Origin: Salpingoeca rosetta
Lineage: Eukaryota > Protista > Choanoflagellata
Assembly (NCBI GenBank): GCA_033442325.1
Contig: JAWQFM010000013.1
Coordinates: 1,585,160 to 1,649,159, forward strand
Length of the DNA: 64,000 nucleotides
Reading direction: 5' to 3'
In this document: positions 48,543-61,431 of the stretch, one piece after another
Layout: each line of letters starts with the position of its first letter
How positions within the stretch are numbered: the first letter of the stretch is position 1
Program-made: the position numbers and the translations under genes
The notes under the pieces: model-generated
What the model was told of the DNA's origin: nothing
The model's database searches: none
Seen by the model: only the letters and a program-made list of their open reading frames with translations

Positions 48543-49888
48543 CGTACGCAGTCGCGCTGCTCGCGGCGACACGTGGCGATGAATTGCGCAACTGGACCCG
48601 CCATTTCCGCCACCTCCGCATCAAAGTTGCTGCGGCCGTGGCTGCAGGGCAGAAGGGGTGGTGACGGGGTGAGTAAGGACAGCTGTTGTCCACAGCCAGT
48701 GCGACACACAAACACAGTCACAGACACAGACACACACACACACAGACACAGACACATACACAGACAGAGACAGACAGACACACACACACACCTTGCGCGT
48801 AATCGTTGCTGGACCTCTGATGCGTTGAGCATTTCGTCAAGCGGCGAAAATGCATTTAGAACGCGCCCGTGGTCGTCGACGCACTGCGGCGCCTGCTCTT
48901 CGTCTGGCTCTTCAAGCACAGTCGTGTACACATTTGCAACGTGTTGCAGTTCCTCGCGTAATGATCCGGGCATCTGATGCAACCAGGAACACAGCAGTGA
49001 GCTGTCCCGCACGCATTGTCATGCTCAAAAATTGCGCACATGTACGCATGTTGTTGCATGTGATGCCACCACCACCATCACCACCAACACCGTCATCATG
49101 ATCACGATCATCACCTTTGCAAGGACGGCCGTGAGTGCGCGGATGTGTGGAATTGGGCGCTGGCGCTGCAGCGTCAACCGAATGTGCTCTGGTCATCAGC
49201 GGCACCGTGGAGTGGTTTTGGGGGGGGGATGATGGTGATGGTGAGAGCTGATGGGGATGACGATAGCATCGGGATGTGAGCGCAAGCAATAGACATTGTT
49301 GAGGAAGAATCAAGGCTGTGGCAGTTAGCATGCTGATGATGACAGCGACGGCCGCCGTGACGAGCGACCCCACACCTCACCCACCCCACGACGCCACATC
49401 AACCCATGTCGTGTGCTGCTGCCCCACCGTCTGCCTGTGCCGGCGGGAGACCGGAGGCGGCGAGTTCACGGCGAAGAAATTCCAGCTCACGATGCAGATC
49501 AACAATCTCCTGTAGATGCATGGGTGGGTGGATGGATGGATGGATGGATGGATGGATGGATGCATGGGTGGGTGGATGGATGGATGGATGCATGGGTGGG
49601 TGGATGGATAGGATCAGCGTGGATGAGTGGATGGCGGTTCACACGTCGGTTGGCAGTGAAGATGATGGCAGCTGCTCAAAGCAGCCGTCTCCCAACCGAC
49701 CAAATAATGCTGTCAACACCCTCTCCTCCCCCACCATGACTGCTACCAACATAACTACCACCAGCATGGCCACCGCCATTACCTGGTCGAGTCTGCTTTC
49801 GGTGGCGAATATCCACTCGGAGTGCGCCGTCCGTCGAAGCGCCCGCGCCTGCTTCTTCATCTGCTGCTGCAGGTGCTGCCGCGTGCCC

Positions 49889-49942
<54 letters not shown>

Positions 49943-51647
49943 AGTTGTTGTTGTTGTTGTTTAAGTTGTTGTTGGTGGTGGTGGTTTCAGCATCATGATC
50001 CACAATGCCACACGTGAGAAGGAGAGCAAGCACAACTCATCGTGTGCACACCATTCATCAAAACCCGACCATGTGACCACCCATCCACAACGCCAGCACA
50101 TAGCATCAACCACGTCTTCACGCCCCCCTCTCTCTCACGAAAACGCATCAATCTCTCAACCCCCATATGTGTCATACATACCACGGCCCACTGCGTCTGC
50201 TTGAACGACATCTTGAGTCCGCGTTTTTGCTGCGCCCGCTGCTCTGCCCGTGACGCAAGATGGTGTGTCGACGGGTGGACACCGGGTCCAGGTGTGCGTG
50301 GAAGCGTTGTCCGGAGCGGCGGAAGCGTTGATGTGGATGTTGCCGATGACACAGATCGAGCAGAGGCGGGTCGTGGCCTGTCCACAACTCCAGGGTGCTG
50401 GTGCTGGTGGGGCGTTGGTGCTGTGCTTGGCGGTGGCGGTGGGGGTGTGGTTGTTGTTCTACGGGCGAGATGGGCAGGAGGACCGGTGCGAAGTGGGGGC
50501 AGCGTGCGTGCGTTATCTGTTACGCCACGGCCTGCACCGCCCTGTTCCATGCCATCTCTGTGCTTCACAGGCGATGATGACTGCTGCTGGTGATCCAACG
50601 CGGCCTCATCGTCATCATCAACACCACCACCACCACCACCACCACCACCACCACCACCACCACCACGCCGTGGTATCGCTGATTCTGCATCGTTGGGCGT
50701 ACCTCCGCGCTGCGCACCATCATGACTGTTCTCGTCCCGGTCTTCCTCCTGCAGGGCGCCGAGCGGCGTGGCAACGGAGGCAAGGCCCACCCCACGCGAT
50801 GGCGACGACTGGTTTCGCCGCTGCTGTTCCCGCTGCCGCTGCCGCATCTCCAGCCGCTTGCGCCGCTGCTGCTCGGGGCTCCTGCTTCGTGGACGCCGCA
50901 GCGACGACGGCGATGGCAGCGGATGCTGCTGGTGCTGTTGGTGTTGTGGGTGCTTTATTCCATCACCTGCAACGTAAGATCCCGTCACGCCACCGGCATG
51001 CTCGTCGTCGTCATGTGTACCGTCCGCAATGGCAACAGCATGCGCCATGGGCTGAACGTCCGTGATGGTGGCGCCAGCATCCCCGCCCTCATGTCTCTCC
51101 TGTATGTGCACAGCCCCAAAATCAGCGGTCGTGGTGGTGGTGGTGGTGGCGGCGGCGCAGTCGCAGAGGAGTCAGCAAAGAGGAAGGGGAGCAGGGCGCA
51201 AACGAGCGTGCAAACGAACGTAGGTCAAGCGCAAGCCTCACAGCGGCAGAAACGCAAACAGGTACTGCAGAGCTAGCCACGCACGCGGACGCAAGCAGAG
51301 GGGCAGCATTACTCACCCATGCATATACAAACAAACATACAGACAGACAGACACACACACACACAACTTACTTCGTTGTCCAGTTCAAGGTCGTCTTGGA
51401 GTGCTTGGAGCACGGTCATCCAGTCGTCGTCGCCGCCTCCTGCTGCTGTTGGTGATACAGGTTGCACGCTCTTGCGGCGTTGTCTCAACCGCGCTACCTT
51501 GGGAATCTCGGGCGGCTTTTGAATGGCGTTCATGTGGTGCAGCATCTTTGCGTCCGTTGATGCTTGCAGGAACGCAGCACCGTACGGGTTGATCATGAAG
51601 TCCCGAAGGAACCCGGCCACCGTCGCGTCATCTTCCCCATCGCCCAT
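47081..51647 (-). CDS. Hypothetical large protein: disordered N-terminal half, coiled-coil C-terminal half
   Basis: Chain of GT-AG-bounded exons: MGDGEDD..LDNE, a ~0.9 kb P/G/Q-rich exon, [54 protein letters not shown], ..[18 protein letters not shown]. No family recognised; some junctions are uncertain. Confidence 0.65.
49889..49973. repeat. (TTG)n microsatellite at a minus-strand splice acceptor
   Basis: On the minus strand it reads (CAA)n-CAG followed by the exon. Confidence 0.9.
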
Positions 51648-51882
51648 TCGGTACTGTTCTGATGCACAACAACCGCCACACGTTCCACCAACGCAAAGCA
51701 CACCACAACAGGCCTTGTGTCTGCTGCCGTGCGAGCTGGAGACAGCTGGGCGCTGTGTTCTTCTTCTGTTTGTCTCGCCTTTCGTCTTTGGCAACAGCGA
51801 GTGCTGAATTTTACTGCAAGACATGTGCAATTTTCCACAATCACAACCTGCTGGAGGAAGACGAAGAAGAAGACGTCATTGG

Positions 51883-52804
51883 ATGACAATGACGATGATG
51901 ATGCAGCAGCGAGGCGTTCACCTAGTTGTGGCGGTGGCTGTGGCCATGCTCGCCGTGGCGCTGTCGCAGGTACATGCGGTGCAACCTGTCGCCTGGTTGT
52001 GGTGTGGTGTATTGGGATTACATTCCCGCACATTTTGTGTTTTGCCCAAGTCATACACACACATGCACACACACATGCACACACATGCACACACACATGC
52101 ACACACACATGCACACACACATGCACACACAAATGCACACATGCACACGCGGACACCAACCCACTCTTTCTCCCACACATGCACACACAAATACACACAC
52201 GCTCACACTGACACATACACACAATTCTTTCTTTGACTTGTGGTAGGTGAATGCTGCGGAGAGGTGTTCCGAAGGTGCAAAGTGTCCCAGTCATAACACA
52301 TGCTGCAAGATGGACGGTGGTCGTTTCGGTTGCTGCCCTTATGCCAACGCCACATGCTGTAGCAACTTTTGCTGCCCTCCCAACTCGCAATGTGCTGAGG
52401 ATGGCCGCAGTTGCGACACGGGACCAGGGCCAACCCCAGTGAGTCCAACATCATCCACAACAACCTCGGAACCCGCCACCAAGAACGACTTGCTGCACAA
52501 CAACCGGCAGCACGAGCTTGTGCCCGTGACGCCGGCAAGCCAGCGTTCGGCTCCATCTCACAATGCCAAAGACAGCCTGGAATCCTCCCCGCGCGAGCGA
52601 CGACAAGACGACTTTGGCGTTGACCAGCCCAATGCCATCGTCTGCCCCGACGGCTCGTACTGCCCAGACTTCAACACGTGCTGCCAGATTCCGGGCGGCT
52701 ACGGCTGCTGCAGCCTCAGCGACGGCGTATGCTGTCCAGACGGTGCCTTTTGCTGCCCCAGTGGCATGACCTGCGGGCAGAGGAGCTGTTATGCCGAGGA
52801 GTAA
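51883..52804 (+). CDS. GRN: Secreted progranulin-like protein with two granulin modules
   Basis: Signal-peptide exon (..HLVVAVAVAMLAVALSQ), intron to 52246, then two 12-Cys C..C..CC..CC..CC..CC..C..C modules joined by a P/T/S-rich linker containing RERR. Confidence 0.9.
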
Positions 52805-53923
52805 TGACCACAACGCACATACCACGGTTGCTTGTCTCGCGTGCAAAACGCAAGTGGTTGCGTGGCTGATTTGTTCTGGTATTGGTCCAATCGTTTTCCC
52901 TTCTCCTCCCTCTTCCCCTCTTCCCCTCTTCCCTCCTCTTCCACTCCTTGGCTTTCTCTTCCACTCCTTGGCTTTCTCTTCCTCCCCTTTCTCCTCTCCT
53001 TTCCCCTTGTGTTCTATTTGATTTGACAACCTTGCTCGCCGCGCCAGTTTGGATGGGCGAGGGCGCTGCAATGCTGGAAGGATATGTGACCCAACAATGA
53101 AACGTTCACAAACTGATGTGCAGCAAAACACAAAACGTGATGTGTGTGTGTGAGTGTGCAAGTATGTGTGTGTGTGCATGCAAGTGTGTGTGTGTGTGCA
53201 TGCAAGTGTGTGTATGTGTGCATGTGTGTGTGAACGTCAAGCGCTGTTTTGTTTGGGGTTTTGTATTGTGATTCACCGTCAACATTGATTGAAATCTTGA
53301 CCGAGACAGCAACAACCGCATCGCAAGACAAGACACACCACACGAAATGATCATCAGCAGTGAAGCGGGTTCAGGTAAGAGCGAGGAGAAGGAGTGGCGG
53401 GGGGGGGGGAGGGAACGAAACAAGCAATGAAAGCGCATCTGGTACCCACCGATACGCTCGGGCGAAAGGCAACTCAAAAGGAGGGCCGTGACGAAAGAAG
53501 ACATGAGACAAGTAGGACAAATGATGTCATGTGAAAAGAAAGGGAAGAAAAAGTTGATTGTGTGGAAACAAGCCTGTGAAATGACGTTTCACAAGCAAAC
53601 GCATGGAGAAGATAACATCAGGCAAGGCCAGCACCCACAGCAGCCATAACAATGGCAGCAACTTTGATTGAAGGAGAAAAAGACTTGAAAGTGGAAGAAT
53701 GGGCGAGCACATGGATACACGCGCACGTGCACACGGAACAAAGAGGGGCGGGGGACGGGGAGAGATACCGTGACAGTGGACCGGCCACCATCGACCACCA
53801 CCACCACCACCGAGATCGCCTCGTCGATCGACCTCAACTTGACAAAACACCAACACGACACCTCAGCGACAGCTCTTGCTGCCTTCATCCATCCGCACGT
53901 GCGCGTCCCCTCACTGCCACTCC

Positions 53924-56070
53924 TCAGCGTTTGCGGCTGACCCAGGCGCCCTTGAGCCGCGTGCCGATGCGAACGTACGCGCGCTCACGGCGGCGGCGGC
54001 GGCGTTGCTGCTGTGGGCTGTTGGGCGGCGGCACTGCCCCGTTCTCAGCACCATTGCCAGGGCCGCCATTGGCGAGCGGGTTGTCAAACATGTGCTGCTC
54101 GCCATCGCCATCGTTGCCGTTGTTGTCGCTGTCTGGCGGGATGAGGGCCACACCATCAGCCATCATGGGCGCGGGGTTGGCGCCACCGCGGTTACGGCGG
54201 GCCAGAGACGCGTGGCGAACAAGCTCGGGCAGCCGGCGTACGGGCACGTGGCGGCCAAGCGACACCAGCGGGGCCAGCACCCGCAGCACAGCCGCAACAA
54301 ACCTGTCGTTGCGCAGGCGAATGGCGTCATCGTGGTGGTTGCCGTCAACGGCGCCGTGCTCGTGGTGCCCGCCACCAGGGCCCCGCTGCTGTTGCTGCTG
54401 CTGCTGCTGGTTGTTGTGGTCATCATTGTCACCCGGGAAGACAAACACGTGCTCGTGTGCTTGCGGCACAGGCGAGCCAGGTGTAAAGCGCCCACTCCCA
54501 ACGCCCAGCGCGGACGAGGTGTTCATATGCTGGAGATGGAGGGAGGCGGCGTTGCGGCGGAGAGCACGTGCTGGCTGCTGATCAACGGCTCCCACGATGC
54601 CGCTTACCCCGACAATCTCAATGTCCCGCACAGGGTACGGGGTGGTGGCTGTCGTGTTGGTGGTCATCGTAGCGTTGGTGGTCATCGTAGCGTTGGTGGT
54701 GCTGGTGGTGGCTGGGGTGGGGCGGGGCGTGATGGTCGAGGTGGAGGTGGGTGGGGTGTCAATGACGGGAGACAGGACAGGCGTGCCGATGGCGTCCATG
54801 GCCGAAAGGGAATCGACGGCGGTAGGGCTATGAGCCGCATCATCAGCAGTGGTGGTGTTGGTGGAGGCAGTGGCAGTGCTCAGTGACCGCAGCGCTGGGA
54901 TTGTCGACACGACTTGTTTGAGTGGCAGCATCACTGGCAGTGGTGATGGTCGAGAGAGCGACACCACTGGCGGCAAGCGACGTGGTCGTAGCAGCGCCAT
55001 CCGCAGAGGCATCAGGAGCACCATTGTGCTCACCAGCAGTGGTGGCTCCAAGGGCTATCGTGCCGTGCATGCATGCATCCACCTGCGAGCCTTGCTGCAC
55101 CTGCACAGCAATGGCGAAATCGTCGCCACCATCGCCTCCGTCGTCGTCACTGGCCAAGTCGGAGAGCTGCGCGAGTGCCGTTGGGGATGCAGATTCGCTG
55201 CGGGACGCGACAGAGGAGGACGACACCCGCCGCTGCTCGAGGTCCCGCTGCACCGCCCCCGTGGCTGTTGTGCTGGCGCCGAGCAGGGCAGGGACGGAGT
55301 GGGTTGCTGGCATGCGCGGGCGCCCGTCCCCGCCATGGCCAGCAGGCACGTCCTCAAACGACGACTGTGCCGAAGCTGCCGTGCATGCGTACATGTGTGA
55401 ATGTGCGTGAGTGTGTGAGTGCGCGAGTGTGAGTGAGTGAGTGTGAGTGTGTGCGAGTTCATGCGCATGTACATGCGTGCGTATGTATGTGAGGTTGGTT
55501 GTATGCGTGCATGTATGCAAACCGAGGTGAGGGAAACTCGTGAATGCAGGCAGATGAAGACGGAGCAAGGCTGTGGCAGCGTGCATGAGAGCAAAGGCAG
55601 GGCCGAGTGGCCATAGCAGCACCACCTTGCGTGGGCAGGGAGGCGCGGCTGCGGGTGGGCCTTGGTGGCGGCGGGTTGGCCGGGCGGCGGCCGTTGCCTT
55701 GCGTGCTTGCATGCACGTCAGCAGGGGTGCTTGGCTTGGCTTCCACTCGGGGGCTGGATGGCTCAGCGGGGCCCACGCTCGGTGACACGTTCACATCTGC
55801 AGCAGGCGACAGCGCACAGTGACAGGCAGGCGAGAAGCGAACGAGTGAGGAGTGAGAGGGGACAGGGCGAGCAACACAGGTTGGCTGTGTTGTGCAGGTG
55901 GGCTGTGTTGTGCGGTGATGCAAAGAAACCATGAACTGTGGACATGGATGGATGGATATGAGGGTGGTGATGGTGATGTTTGCAAGGTTGCTTGCTTGCA
56001 AGCACGCACACCAAGAAAGGCAAGGAAACACACACGAGCACTTCACACAACCTTCGTTGGTGCGAGACAT
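53924..56070 (-). CDS. Hypothetical low-complexity S/T/P/A-rich protein; exon structure partly unresolved
   Basis: MSRTNE joined in phase to DVNVSPSVGPAEP..; long coding-like stretches 55370-54890 and 54890-53940 lie in different frames; the 3' end is not resolved. Confidence 0.45.
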
Positions 56071-56618
56071 GCTTGGTGCTGCTGAAGGGAGAAAAGGAGG
56101 AGGCGGAGAAGGGACAAGGGAAGGGAAGGGGGGCAGCGGGTCGTGCGATGGGATCTGGGCACAGCAGGTGATGGTGGTAGGGCACGGAAGCGACAGTGTG
56201 CTTGGCAGACTTGACACGTTGTGTGTGCGAGAGAGAGGGAAGTGTGGAAAATGAATCAGTGGCTGGCTCAACGTTCGACAGCAAGAAAGAAAAGAAAGTC
56301 CGCTCAAGCAATAACGGCTTTGACAACACACGCACACAAAGACAAAAGCGCGCCCAGTGCAGACACAGAGCACGGCTGCAAGAAATGTGGCAATGATGTC
56401 ACCACCAAGCACCAACCACAGCCAACCCGGACCAACAGCGGCCGCACCCGAAGCTACACGTCGGACAAAACGCTTGGGAGAAGAAGGAACAGAACAAAGG
56501 CTCAAATGTGTGTGTGTGTGTGTGTGTGTGTGGTGGTGGTGGTGGTGGTGGTGGGGTTGCAAGCAGGAGTAACAGCAGCTTGAAAGCAAATCACCAGGCC
56601 ACGCATTGGTTGGCTGCC

Positions 56619-56660
<42 letters not shown>

Positions 56661-56925
56661 GTGTGTGTGTGTGTGCGGTTGGTTGGTTGGCTGTCAACAG
56701 GCCACAACCACCTGCATGGGTTGGAAACAATAACAAAAGAAAAAGCAGTCACAATGACCCAATGGAGCCAGCCACAACGCTGCCGTGTTGATAGCACGCC
56801 ATACAACGGCCGCAACCACTCCCCAAGCAACAGACGGGGAAGCAATGGTGGAGGCAGCGGGTGGGGAAAGAACGGAAGGCGAAAGGGAAACGGTGGGAGG
56901 GGAGAGCTGAGAAAAAGTGGGCGCC

Positions 56926-57005
56926 AAGAGGAAAGAGGAAAGAGGAAAGAGGAAAGAGGAAAGAGGAAAGAGGAAAGAGGAAAGAGGAAAGAGGAAAGAG
57001 GAAAG
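56926..57005. repeat. (GAGGAAA)n heptamer tandem repeat
   Basis: About 11 perfect units, seen directly. Confidence 0.93.
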
Positions 57006-58958
57006 AAGAAAGAGCACGTCAGCCCCAAGCACACACGCGCACACAATTGAAATGCGCACCAAAGTCAGGGAGTGGAGGGGGTTGGCGAGGGAAGGGGAAA
57101 GGGAAGGGCGACACGCCAGGACATGGTTGCACCCCAAGCGCAGAGCCACGTTCTATGGACGCGGGTGCGGCATATCGATCGCCCAGTTGAGGGACACACA
57201 GCAACTGCGGGACGGGGGAGGGGTCGGAAAGGTAGATCACCCAACGTATTGTTCGCGTGTGTGTGTGATTGTGGTGGAGGGTGAGTGTTGTGTTGGTATT
57301 GGTGGTGGTGTGACTGGTGGCGTGAGTAAAGTTGGTGTGAGTGAAGTTGGTGTGAGTGAAGTTGGTGCTGCGTTGCATTGAGCAGGAGACAACACACACA
57401 CACACACACCCACACACACCCACACACACCCACACACACACACACACGCACGCACGCACGCAGAAACAGACAACGAAGTTCATCCAACACACACATGCAA
57501 ATGCACACAAAGGAGGAAGCGCGGGTGGACACATGGTGGTGGATCCACATTGGTCGAGGGCATAATCTTACCCCCAGTGATGTGCAGTTGCTCGCTTGGC
57601 TAGTCCTTCTGTGTGTTCCAGGTTTGGTGTCCGGTTCGCAACCTTTGGTTGACGGAGATTTGTCGTGTTCCGATGAGCGCAGTCGCCTTCATCTGATCCG
57701 AAACACGTCCTTTGGACACGCGGCAGGCAGCCTTGTCAGCATGAGCAGGGGCGAGGAGTCAACTTCAAGAGAAAGTTGTCGTGGACGTCGTGGCCTTGCT
57801 TGGCACATGCACACACACGCACACACGCACACGCACACGCGCACGCGCATGCGAGATGCGCTCATCCATGTCGGTTCAGCACCAGCATCATCAGCGGTTT
57901 GAGGAGAACGTCCATTGGGAGCAACGACATCAACACGATGGGTTGGTCGGTTGGTGGGCGGTTGGTGGGGGAGACAGCGATTTCAGCGAGCTAGCGAGTG
58001 AGCCGAGTGAAGGCGTTAGGGGAACGTTGGAGACGGGGAGGTGGGATGGTGGAAGGGTGATGAGACAACAAGCCAGCCAATCCAGCCAAGCCAGCCAAGA
58101 CGAGGAGAACAAGGTCGTTCGTTCTCTTCTTCCTTCCGCTCTGACTTGTTTTGCTGGTGCGGTTGTGGAGGATTACTTGAAGATTTACACAAAACGGCGA
58201 TCGGAAGGACAGCACGAACAAACAACCAACACGCACCAACAAGCAAGCAACAAGCAGCAGCGCTTCTTGAGTTGCAGTTGTGTGGGTGATGTGTGGGTGA
58301 TGTGAAGCATGATGGTTCGCACACACATGCATACACATGCACTGATGGTGTGTGCACATTCACATATCCACACAGAGCAAGCAAGCCAAGTGGAGATGAT
58401 TACAACAAAAGAGAAGAGCAGCACGAGTGCATTCAATCTCACACACGCACACGGTGCATCGACGTGGTTCGTACGAACAGCTGCAGGCTGAAGTCAGCAG
58501 CTGATAAAGGAACGCAGTGCTGGCTGAAATGAAGTGCGTGCATGTGTTGAATGCGTGTTGTGGTGTGTGTGGTGTACGTGCGTGTGTGTAGCGTACGTGC
58601 GTGTTTTGAGTGCACTTGTGCTCTGTACTCTGTGTTGTTTCTTCATGCAGGTGCAAGCAAACACGCAAGCAGGCCATTTCTTCTCTTCATGCCCCACACT
58701 CTTCCTCTCACTCTCACTTTCACTCGCACTTTATCACTATGTACAAACTCACACGGACCTTCATTCGCTTGCCCCCTCTTTCTCATCACTTGCCCCCTCT
58801 TTCTCATTCACTTTAGATTGATGGCCTGGGAAACGTGCACCAGGCATGCGCTTCATTTCCCACTCTCGTACACACCAGAACTCTAATAGAGCTCTGTTTG
58901 AACCGGGGTGCATAACCCGCAAAGCGCATTTTGAAAGGGAAACCGGCAACCACACACT

Positions 58959-60052
58959 TTTGGCATCGACAGTGAGTGCGTGCCATCCCTCCAGCGAGAA
59001 GGCCCAAGCGTGTCTCTCCTCGCCTGCTTTCTCCACCGCACGCCATCAGCTCCCCAATGTCAGCTGGCTGGATGGATGTTGATGTGGATTGGATGTGGAT
59101 GAGATGTTCATTTTCTCAGCTGTCATCCAACGCACCAAGAACCACCAAGACCCCCCGATTTGAACTGCGTGACTTCCAGCCACCTGCCAGCGCACACTTC
59201 TTCTTCTTCTTCTTCTTCTTCCTCTTTTGTGAAGCCAGGTGTTGCACCGACAGCCAGCCATGCGCGTGTTGGTGTTTGCGGTGGCGTCGTGCCTGCTGCT
59301 TGCTGCGGGCTCGATGGCTGCCGATTATCAGCGGCACGAGTACACGACGGCTTATCAGCCCAAGCACCAGGACTACACGACCAAGCACATGGAGTACACC
59401 ACGGCTTACGAGGCACCCAAGCAGGAGTACACGACCGCCTACGTCGCGCCCAAGCAGGAGTACACCACGGCTTACGAGGCACCCAAGCAGGAGTACACCA
59501 CCGCTTACGAGGCACCCAAGCAGGAGTACACCACGGCTTACGAGGCACCCAAGCAGGAGTACACGACCGCCTACGTCGCACCCAAGCAGGAGTACACCAC
59601 GAAGCACATGGAGTACACCACCGCCTACGAGGCACCCAAGCAGGAGTACACCACCGCTTATGAGGCACCCAAGCAGGAGTACACCACCAAGCACATGGAG
59701 TACACCACGGCTTATGAGGCACCCAAGAAGGCTTACACGACCGCCTACGAGGCACCCAAGCACCAGGAGTACACCACGGCTTACGAGGCACCCAAGCAGG
59801 AGTACACGACCAAGCACATGGAGTACACCACAGCTTACGAGGCACCCAAGCACCAGGAGTACACCACGGCTTACGAGGCACCCAAGCAGGAGTACACCAC
59901 GGCTTATGAGGCACCCAAGAAGGCTTACACCACTGCCTACGTCGCACCCAAGCAGGAGTACACCACCAAGCACCAGGAGTACACCACTGCCTACGAGGCA
60001 CCAAAGCACCAGGAGTACACCACTAAGCCCGCCTACCCACGCTACACCCAGC
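58959..60052 (+). repeat. Segmental duplication copy B; direct repeat of 15411-16595
   Basis: Shares the ~300 bp upstream region and the coding 5' end with copy A, with scattered substitutions and a different repeat order. Confidence 0.92.
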
Positions 60053-60462
60053 ACCAGGAGTACACCACACGCCCCGTCTACACCACGCAGCCACCCGTCT
60101 ACACCACACAGCCACCCGTGTACACCACAGAGGCCGTGTACACCACACGCCCCGTGTACACCACCAAGCCACCCGTGTACACCACCAAGCCACCAGTCTA
60201 CACGACCAAGCACCAGGAGTACACGACGGCCTACGAGGCGCCAAAGAACGAGTACACGACGAAGGACGCCTACGCCTACGCCGACAACAACTCTGGCGCC
60301 TCTGGTGCTGGTGATGCCGCTGCAGGCCTCTCTGCGGGCGCCATTGCCGGCATTGTGGTTGGCGCGCTGCTGCTTGTCGGCGCCGTTGTTGGTGGCGTCT
60401 TCTTCGCCAAGCACCGCGCCAACGCCTCTTCCTCCTCCTCCGCCGCCGTCGAGTCCGTCTAA
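59260..60462 (+). CDS. Intronless type I membrane Tyr/Thr-rich tandem-repeat protein, copy B (complete, 400 aa)
   Basis: Signal peptide; about 16 AYxAPK..YTT units; then (K/Q)PPVYTT and RPVYTT units; TM GAIAGIVVGALLLVGAVVGGVFF followed by KHR; short tail ending ESV*. Confidence 0.92.
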   Translation: MRVLVFAVASCLLLAAGSMAADYQRHEYTTAYQPKHQDYTTKHMEYTTAYEAPKQEYTTAYVAPKQEYTTAYEAPKQEYTTAYEAPKQEYTTAYEAPKQEYTTAYVAPKQEYTTKHMEYTTAYEAPKQEYTTAYEAPKQEYTTKHMEYTTAYEAPKKAYTTAYEAPKHQEYTTAYEAPKQEYTTKHMEYTTAYEAPKHQEYTTAYEAPKQEYTTAYEAPKKAYTTAYVAPKQEYTTKHQEYTTAYEAPKHQEYTTKPAYPRYTQHQEYTTRPVYTTQPPVYTTQPPVYTTEAVYTTRPVYTTKPPVYTTKPPVYTTKHQEYTTAYEAPKNEYTTKDAYAYADNNSGASGAGDAAAGLSAGAIAGIVVGALLLVGAVVGGVFFAKHRANASSSSSAAVESV

Positions 60463-61431
60463 GCAGCAGCAGTAGCAGCAGCAGCTGACAGCAGAGGCAT
60501 CACCAGCAGCAGCGACAGAGGCAGTGCCGGCTGCTGCTTTGCTCTCTGTGACGACGACGACGACGACGACAAAGATGATGGGATGATGACCATGCTTGCT
60601 TGCTTGCTTGTTGCACCATTTTGTTCATCTGCGTTTCTTTTCATTCACCTGTCTGTTTGACCTCCTAACACCACCACCCTCCTTCCTTGCTTTGCTGTCC
60701 TGCTGTGCCAGCCATGACCGGTTTTGTTTTTGTTTACATATTTCACCTCCCTACCGCAAAAGACCTGGGTGTCTGCTTAACCCCCCTGCTGTTGTGAGGC
60801 GTTGTCTCTCTGTCTTGTCCTGTCCTGTGTGTGAAATGATGATGGCTGCTGGTCCTGTGTCGCTTCATGCCTCCAATAAACGAAACCAAGCGTTCATGTG
60901 GAGCGTTCATGTGGTGCACAGTGGAACTGCCGAAGCATCCGCAGACCACACCCCCCGGCCACAGCGGCCAGCGCAGCAATGACAGCAACAACGGCACTGC
61001 TGCCACCGCCGCTGCCACCGCCACCACCGACAACGATGAGGGACAGCCACGCAGCGCCCCAGTGACCTCACGAAGCCCCGGTGGCCCGGCCGCAACAGAG
61101 CCCCCTGCAACTGTCTAAGCGACAGTCGCAGCACTACACATGAGCCTCGCACCGAGGCACTTGGTTTCTATCTATCTATCTATTGATTCACTTTTCTTTC
61201 TGTCTATGAGGCGCGTGCTCTCACACACATTCACCCATACGCACCGCTGCCCTTTGTTTTGCCGCAATTGCCTTCCCCATCTTTGAGCGCTGGGAGCAGT
61301 GTAAGATTTCAGCGAGTTTTCCCCAATAAACACACAGCCCAAACACACACACACACACACACACACGCACGAATTCAAATTTTTGGCGGCAGCCGAAATT
61401 CATCATTGTGTTTGTTTGGTGGGCAAGGACG

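Noticed and set aside
54830-55100. Frame change in the low-complexity gene as a programmed frameshift
   Set aside because: No slippery site is evident. An unresolved short intron or a sequencing error is more likely.
56100-58950. Possible gene upstream of the low-complexity protein
   Set aside because: Short coding-like patches (57066-57255, 57575-57950) could not be joined into a supported model.
60027-60052. RYTQ resembling phytosulfokine YIYTQ
   Set aside because: A single short partial match without the precursor context; coincidental.
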